The translations under genes were made by a program, and so were the position numbers. A DNA stretch of 64,000 bases, from NCBI GenBank assembly GCA_038128265.1, contig JAYPJE010000015.1, forward strand, positions 1 to 64,000. Reading direction: 5' to 3'. The notes beneath the pieces were generated by a model. The model ran no database searches. It saw only the letters and a program-made list of their open reading frames with translations, and was not told the origin of the DNA. Positions 59,021 to 64,000 of this stretch are shown in pieces; position 1 is the first letter of the stretch; each line of letters begins with the position of its first letter. Source of the stretch: Gemmatimonadota bacterium. Its GTDB lineage: Bacteria; Latescibacterota; UBA2968; UBA8231.

Positions 59021-59374
59021 ATGCTTATCTGGGTGCTGTTGATGGTTTCATGTGCTTTGCTCTTGGGGTGTGCGGCAGAGCGCCGTGGCGATGCCGGCGG
59101 GCCGCCGTTTGGCCCCGACGCGTTGCTGGTTGACGTGCGGACTCGCGAGGAATACGAGAGCGGTCATATCGAGGGCGCCAAGCTGATTCCCTACGAGGAG
59201 ATCGGCGCGCGCATAGGCGAATTGACCGAGGATCGCGATCGCGAGATTGCGCTGTATTGTCGCAGCGGTCGGCGCTCGGGCATCGCTCAGCAAACGCTTG
59301 CGAACATGGGTTTCAAGAACGCGATTAACGTGGGCGGATACGAGGAACTGCGCGCGCACCTTGCCGGGCAGTGA
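59021..59374 (+). CDS. Rhodanese-domain lipoprotein
   Basis: Lipobox LLGC, DVRTREEYESGHIEGA and YCRSGRRS. Confidence 0.9.
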   Translation: MLIWVLLMVSCALLLGCAAERRGDAGGPPFGPDALLVDVRTREEYESGHIEGAKLIPYEEIGARIGELTEDRDREIALYCRSGRRSGIAQQTLANMGFKNAINVGGYEELRAHLAGQ

Positions 59375-59425
59375 GCGATCCGGCGTTCCATCGGACAGTA
59401 CGAGCGCGCGCTGCACGTGGGAAGG

Positions 59426-60271
59426 CTACGACCAGACAAAGACCTCGTCGTCGTCAGCGGAGTAGCCGATAAATACGGCGAGCACGACGCGCGCTTGGTC
59501 GCCGACGATGGCCGGAACTTCGTGGATCAGGCGCGTGTTGAAAAAGTATAGGTCGCCCGGCTCTAAAGATACTTGGGCGTGCTCAATCGAGTGCTCGCGC
59601 GCGTAGTCGGCAAAGGTGTCGTCGGCGATATGAGGCTGCACTTCAGGCGTCCACAAACAGCGGTGCAGCAGTCCCTGCGCCCCTGGACCGCTGCTATCGG
59701 CATTTTGCAGGCAGAGCACGCCGGCAAATTGGTGCTCAAAGCGATAGACCGCATAGTCCGTGCGCCCTTCGCGCAGCACGACGTGGTCGATGTGCGGCTT
59801 GTAGCGCTGTCCTTCGTAGTGAATGCGAAAAATGGCTGGACCGTAGCGCCTTCCATCAGCCTCGTAGGCAGTTTTGACCTCTTTGCCCGGACACAGAGCC
59901 GCCAGCGCATCGTATATGCAGCGCACGGGGTCGTCGAATTCCCTAAAGAGAAAATCAAAAAGAAAGTGCGTCGACTGGGCGTGTTCCAGAAAGCGCTCAC
60001 GGTCGCTGCCGCGGTTGCCCAGACTCGTGCCGATGTCAATGCGCGGGCGGGTGTCAGCGGCTGAGCGCGGTTCCGCTGCATCGCGCATGAGTCCCAAGTC
60101 GATAAAGCGGCGGACTAGGCCGCGGCAATGCAGTGGGTCGTAGGCCTGGCGCAGCACAAAAGCTGGGCTTTCTGCCTGTGCCAACGCGTGGATCGGATTG
60201 GCGTAGCGCTGTGTAACGGTATTGAGGTCGGGCTCTACTGCGCTCCAATCGCTGTGCTCTTGACTGTGCAT
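59426..60271 (-). CDS. Putative 2OG-Fe(II) oxygenase-fold protein
   Basis: HxD (PHID) plus GDLYFFNTRLIHEV...R. Start at MHSQEH. Confidence 0.65.
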   Translation of the reverse strand: MHSQEHSDWSAVEPDLNTVTQRYANPIHALAQAESPAFVLRQAYDPLHCRGLVRRFIDLGLMRDAAEPRSAADTRPRIDIGTSLGNRGSDRERFLEHAQSTHFLFDFLFREFDDPVRCIYDALAALCPGKEVKTAYEADGRRYGPAIFRIHYEGQRYKPHIDHVVLREGRTDYAVYRFEHQFAGVLCLQNADSSGPGAQGLLHRCLWTPEVQPHIADDTFADYAREHSIEHAQVSLEPGDLYFFNTRLIHEVPAIVGDQARVVLAVFIGYSADDDEVFVWS

Positions 60272-60459
60272 AACTGGGAGAAATCCTTTCGCGTGTGTAT
60301 CGGTCGCGTTTGATTGGGGCGTTCGGTGCCCTGTTTCGACAGGACAATCCGACAATACATACTCGCCAAATATAGACGGGTGTGCGCGCCTTGCAAGGAG
60401 GGAGAGCAGGCTGTGCTAACGCCGTTGCCAAACGGTATGCCCGTAGCGATCGCCAGGGC

Positions 60460-60504
60460 AAAGAAAACCCATTTGGCGGCCCGATAGGGAGTCCGCCAAA
60501 TGGG
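60460..60504 (-). terminator. Intrinsic terminator downstream of the enolase-superfamily gene
   Basis: Stem CCCATTTGGCGG...CCGCCAAATGGG followed by TTTTCTTT on the minus strand. Confidence 0.75.
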
Positions 60505-60544
60505 AGAAGAGCTGCTAATCGAATGGCCCGTGCTCGCGGTGATG

Positions 60545-61738
60545 CTAGTCGAAAAAGTCTTTGTCCTCGTCCGATAGGTATTTTTTGGCTTCTTCGACGC
60601 GAAAATCAACGCCGATACCCGGGCGCTCGAGCACTTCGATATGGCTGTCTACGACGATCGGATCGGGCAGTCCATCAACGATGTCATACCACCACTCAGG
60701 GTTGCCAGTTGGGTATTCAAAGGCGATGTAATTGGTCGGCATGGTTGCCCCGACCTGAACCAGCGCGGCCAGTCCAAGCAGGCCATCAAGCGTGCCGTGC
60801 GGCGCCATGAGAATGCCGTGCAGGTCGGCGTATTCGGCGATCCACTTGAGTTCGGCTATGCCGCCGACGTCGCAGGGGTCGGGGCCGACGATATCGAGGC
60901 AGCGCTTCTCGATCAACTCGACAAAGTTTTGCCGCAGGTAGAGTTGCTCGCCGGTGTGAATGCGCGTCGAGGTACTCTGCGTTACTTCGCGGTAGTTGTC
61001 TGCCAGTACATAGGGCACGTAGTCACCGGTCAGCATGTCTTCGAGCCAAGCGACGTTCGTACCCTCAACGGCTTTGGCCAGGCGAATGGCATCGGGAACG
61101 ACAAAGCCCGGACCGCAGTCGAGGGCCAGCTCAACGTCGTCGCCGCAGACCTCGAGCATGGCCTCCACGCAGGCCATAATGTGATTGAAGCCTTTGGGGG
61201 TAAGCAGGCCGCGGTTAGGGTGCTGCGGCGCATCGTTTACCTCGCCGTAAAAAAAGTCGGGAATTTGGGATGGCATGGGGCTGTGAAAGGCGATGCCCTG
61301 TTTGATAATGCTGAACTTTTCCGGGCGCTCTTTCATCTTGGCCATGGACTCGGCGTAGTGCTGCGGCTCGTGGCCGTCCATTTTAAAGCGAATATTGCCG
61401 TTATAACAGCGCACTCTGTCGCGCACCTTGCCGCCGAGCAGTTTATACACGGGTAAGCCTGCGGCTTTGCCGGCAAGGTCCCACAGTGCCATTTCGATGG
61501 CGCTGACGGCGCTGCCCCAGGGCTTGAAGCTGGCCAAACGGCGAATGCGCTGCATAACGCGCTCGACGTCCGTAGGATCCTGTCCGACGATACGGCTCTC
61601 GTAAAACAGGACGTGCGATTTGATGTAGTCGGCCTTGCTCGCTTCGATTTGGCTATAGCCAGAAATACCCTGATCGGTGGTAATGCGCAAAATGGGGTGG
61701 TTGCCTAGAATGGTGCATTTTAATCCGGTGATTTTCAT
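60545..61738 (-). CDS. Mandelate racemase/muconate lactonizing enzyme family (acid-sugar dehydratase-like)
   Basis: Motifs SAIEMALWDLAGK, PVYKLLGGKVR, LALD, WLED, TGE and APH. Confidence 0.9.
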   Translation of the reverse strand: MKITGLKCTILGNHPILRITTDQGISGYSQIEASKADYIKSHVLFYESRIVGQDPTDVERVMQRIRRLASFKPWGSAVSAIEMALWDLAGKAAGLPVYKLLGGKVRDRVRCYNGNIRFKMDGHEPQHYAESMAKMKERPEKFSIIKQGIAFHSPMPSQIPDFFYGEVNDAPQHPNRGLLTPKGFNHIMACVEAMLEVCGDDVELALDCGPGFVVPDAIRLAKAVEGTNVAWLEDMLTGDYVPYVLADNYREVTQSTSTRIHTGEQLYLRQNFVELIEKRCLDIVGPDPCDVGGIAELKWIAEYADLHGILMAPHGTLDGLLGLAALVQVGATMPTNYIAFEYPTGNPEWWYDIVDGLPDPIVVDSHIEVLERPGIGVDFRVEEAKKYLSDEDKDFFD

Positions 61739-61862
61739 TGCGCGCCTTTCTATCGAGTCCGTTAATGGCGGTGCTGGAAATGCTGAGAATGCAATTCTAC
61801 GCCAGGGAGTAGGGCATCGTCAACTGGTGGGTGGGTGCGCGATGCCGGGGGCATCGCATGGC

Positions 61863-63287
61863 TCATACGCCTAGCTGCTTTTTAATCAGTTCCTGCACGA
61901 GTTGGGGGTTGGCTTTACCGCGCGTGGCCTTCATGACCTGTCCCATGAGAAAGGCGATGGTTTTGAGGTTGCCGCCGCGGATCTTTTCGGCCGCGTCCGG
62001 ATTGTCCGCTATGACTTGGGCAACGGCGCCGTCCAGTTCGCCGCTGTCGGAAATCTGCACCAACCCCTTAGACTCGACGATCTCGGCCGGGGTGCCGCCC
62101 TGTTCCCAGATTTCGCCAAAGACCTCGCGGGCTGCATTCTGGTTTATGGTCCCCTTTTGCACTAACTCAATTAATTCGGCCAACGCCTGTGCGGGCACTT
62201 TAATATCGACGCTGTCGGCTTCGTTTAGGCGGCGGAACACTTCGCCGGTGACCCAATTGGCTACCTGTTTCGCATCGGTTGATCCCTGGCTCACCGCCTC
62301 TTCAAAATACGTGGCGATGTGCTGGTCCTCGATCAGCACGGCTATGTCTTGGTCACTCAAGCCGTATTCGCTGGCAAAGCGCGCGGCCTTGGCGTCGGGT
62401 AATTCAGGCAGTTCGGCGCGCGCCGCTTCAATCCACTCTTCGGGCAGGTGCACGTCGAGCAAGTCGGGTTCGGGGAAGTAGCGGTAGTCCTCTGAAGTTT
62501 CCTTTGAGCGCTGTTCGCGCGTGGCGCCGGCGTGTTCGTCCCAGCCCATGGTAACCTGGCGCACGTGGCCCCCGTCTTCAACGACCTGCTGTTGGCGCTT
62601 CACTTCATATTCGATGGCATTGCGCACCGCGCGGAAGGAGTTGAGGTTTTTTACTTCGACTTTAGTCCCGTACTCGGCAGATCCCCGTGGTCGAATGGAG
62701 ATATTGGCCTCGCAGCGCATGGCGCCCTTTTCCATATCGCCCGTCGACGCGCCGAGATAGCGCACGACCTGGCGAATTTTGGTCAGGTAGGCGTAGGCTT
62801 CTTCGGCAGAGCGAATGGACGAATCGGTGACGATCTCCATCAGCGGCACGCCGGCGCGGTTGTAGTCAACCAGGCTGGAGCGGCCTTCGTGCTGCAGTTT
62901 GCCGGTGTCTTCTTCTAGGTGGACGCGCACCACGCCGATGCGCTTGGTGTTTCCGTCGACCTGCACCTCTACATAGCCATCGGTGCATAGCGGCAGCTCG
63001 TACTGCGATACCTGATAGCCCTTGGGTAGGTCTGGATAGACGTAGTTCTTGCGCGCAAAGACGTTGTGCGGCTGGATTGCGCAGTGCAGCGCCATGCCGG
63101 TCATCGCCGTCAGCTGCATGGCCCGTTCGTTGATGACGGGCAGTGCGCCGGGCTGGGCGGTGCATACGGGGCATACGTGGGCGTTGGCTTCGACGAGGAA
63201 GTGGTCGGCGGGACAGCGGCAGAACATTTTGGACTGCGTGTGCAACTCGACGTGTACTTCCATGCCGATAACGGTTTCATAAGACAC
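61863..63287 (-). CDS. gatB: Asp-tRNA(Asn)/Glu-tRNA(Gln) amidotransferase subunit B
   Basis: Motifs [49 protein letters not shown] and [10 protein letters not shown]. Confidence 0.97.
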   Translation of the reverse strand: MSYETVIGMEVHVELHTQSKMFCRCPADHFLVEANAHVCPVCTAQPGALPVINERAMQLTAMTGMALHCAIQPHNVFARKNYVYPDLPKGYQVSQYELPLCTDGYVEVQVDGNTKRIGVVRVHLEEDTGKLQHEGRSSLVDYNRAGVPLMEIVTDSSIRSAEEAYAYLTKIRQVVRYLGASTGDMEKGAMRCEANISIRPRGSAEYGTKVEVKNLNSFRAVRNAIEYEVKRQQQVVEDGGHVRQVTMGWDEHAGATREQRSKETSEDYRYFPEPDLLDVHLPEEWIEAARAELPELPDAKAARFASEYGLSDQDIAVLIEDQHIATYFEEAVSQGSTDAKQVANWVTGEVFRRLNEADSVDIKVPAQALAELIELVQKGTINQNAAREVFGEIWEQGGTPAEIVESKGLVQISDSGELDGAVAQVIADNPDAAEKIRGGNLKTIAFLMGQVMKATRGKANPQLVQELIKKQLGV

Positions 63288-63377
63288 GATGCAGGGTCTC
63301 CTTGGCGTGGCAGAACGGATGGTCGACTACAAAAAAATGCGCTTTAGCCGTGAATTTGGCCAGTCGGCGCCGCGCGT

Positions 63378-64000
63378 TCAGGCGAAGAGCACGTATTCTC
63401 TGAGGAAGGCATCGACGTCGCGATAAAATTGCTCGATGGTTTCGGGGCGTCGCCAGCCGTGTCCTTCGCCCTCGTAGAGGTGATAGACATGCGGAACGCC
63501 GCGCTGACGCAGGCTGGCCACGATCTCTTCGGCCTGTGCTGGCGGCACGACGCGGTCTGCGCTTCCCTGAAATATGGCTATGGGGTCGCGCATGGCATCG
63601 GCGCAAAAAATCGGCGAGCGCTCGCGGTAGGTCGGAGCGGCATCGGGCAGTGGGCCCAGCAGGGAATCGAGATAGCGCGCCTCGAATTTGTGCGTATCGG
63701 CGGCCAGGCTAAAGAGATTGGAAATTCCATACAGGCAGAGTCCGGCGCGGAAAAAGCCGGGGTGGACGGCGAGCGCGCGCAGCACGGTGTAGCCGCCGGC
63801 GCTGCCGCCGCACAGCACGAGGCGCTGCCCGTCGGCCAGGCCCTCGTCGCACAGATGCTGGGCGCCGCTCAGGGCATCTTCTACGTCGGACACGCCCCAA
63901 TTGCCGCGCAGTGCTTCCATGTAGGGCCGGCCGTGCCCGGTGCTGCCGCGATAATCGAGGTCGAGAAAGGCCCAGCCGCGCGTGGCAAAGTACTGGGCGC
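63378..64000 (-). CDS. S9 family (prolyl oligopeptidase-like) serine peptidase, 5'-truncated by window
   Basis: Motifs DYRGSTGHG, GGSAGG, QGSADRVV and EGHG. Confidence 0.9.
   Translation of the reverse strand, partial: AQYFATRGWAFLDLDYRGSTGHGRPYMEALRGNWGVSDVEDALSGAQHLCDEGLADGQRLVLCGGSAGGYTVLRALAVHPGFFRAGLCLYGISNLFSLAADTHKFEARYLDSLLGPLPDAAPTYRERSPIFCADAMRDPIAIFQGSADRVVPPAQAEEIVASLRQRGVPHVYHLYEGEGHGWRRPETIEQFYRDVDAFLREYVLFA

Noticed and set aside
60272..60459. Intergenic gap inspected for tRNA or other ncRNA
   Set aside because: No cloverleaf, T-loop or recognisable riboswitch pattern is visible.

Overview
A GC-rich, gene-dense bacterial chromosomal window with about 55 CDS and no rRNA, tRNA, CRISPR array or mobile element that I can see. 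The gene content suggests a marine Gram-negative candidate-phylum organism, possibly Latescibacterota/Handelsmanbacteria-like (inference only). That content includes five PhyH-family dioxygenases, two HpcH aldolases, a sulfatase, BNR and GH123-like hydrolases, and secreted enzymes with YPNP-type C-terminal sorting domains. The standout locus is a complete UBact-proteasome operon (arc-dop-ubact-prcB-prcA-pafA, 45428-51865). It appears co-transcribed with signal peptidase I (lepB), and its ATPase lacks the canonical C-terminal GQYL/HbYX proteasome-docking motif. Other notable items: (1) a flavoprotein resembling animal OSGIN1/OKL38; (2) an outer-membrane channel, periplasmic binding protein and hybrid kinase module with two HPt-like domains lacking the canonical His, behind a promoter with a G10 tract; (3) a CysRS with a tandemly duplicated C-terminal module; (4) a type II glutamine synthetase with a sigma54 promoter and three dyad boxes upstream; (5) an octaheme cytochrome c; (6) an intact/degenerate pair of MBL-fold hydrolases; (7) a secreted M6 protease and a secreted vanadium haloperoxidase-like protein. 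All family calls come from motif recognition by eye. No database search was run.
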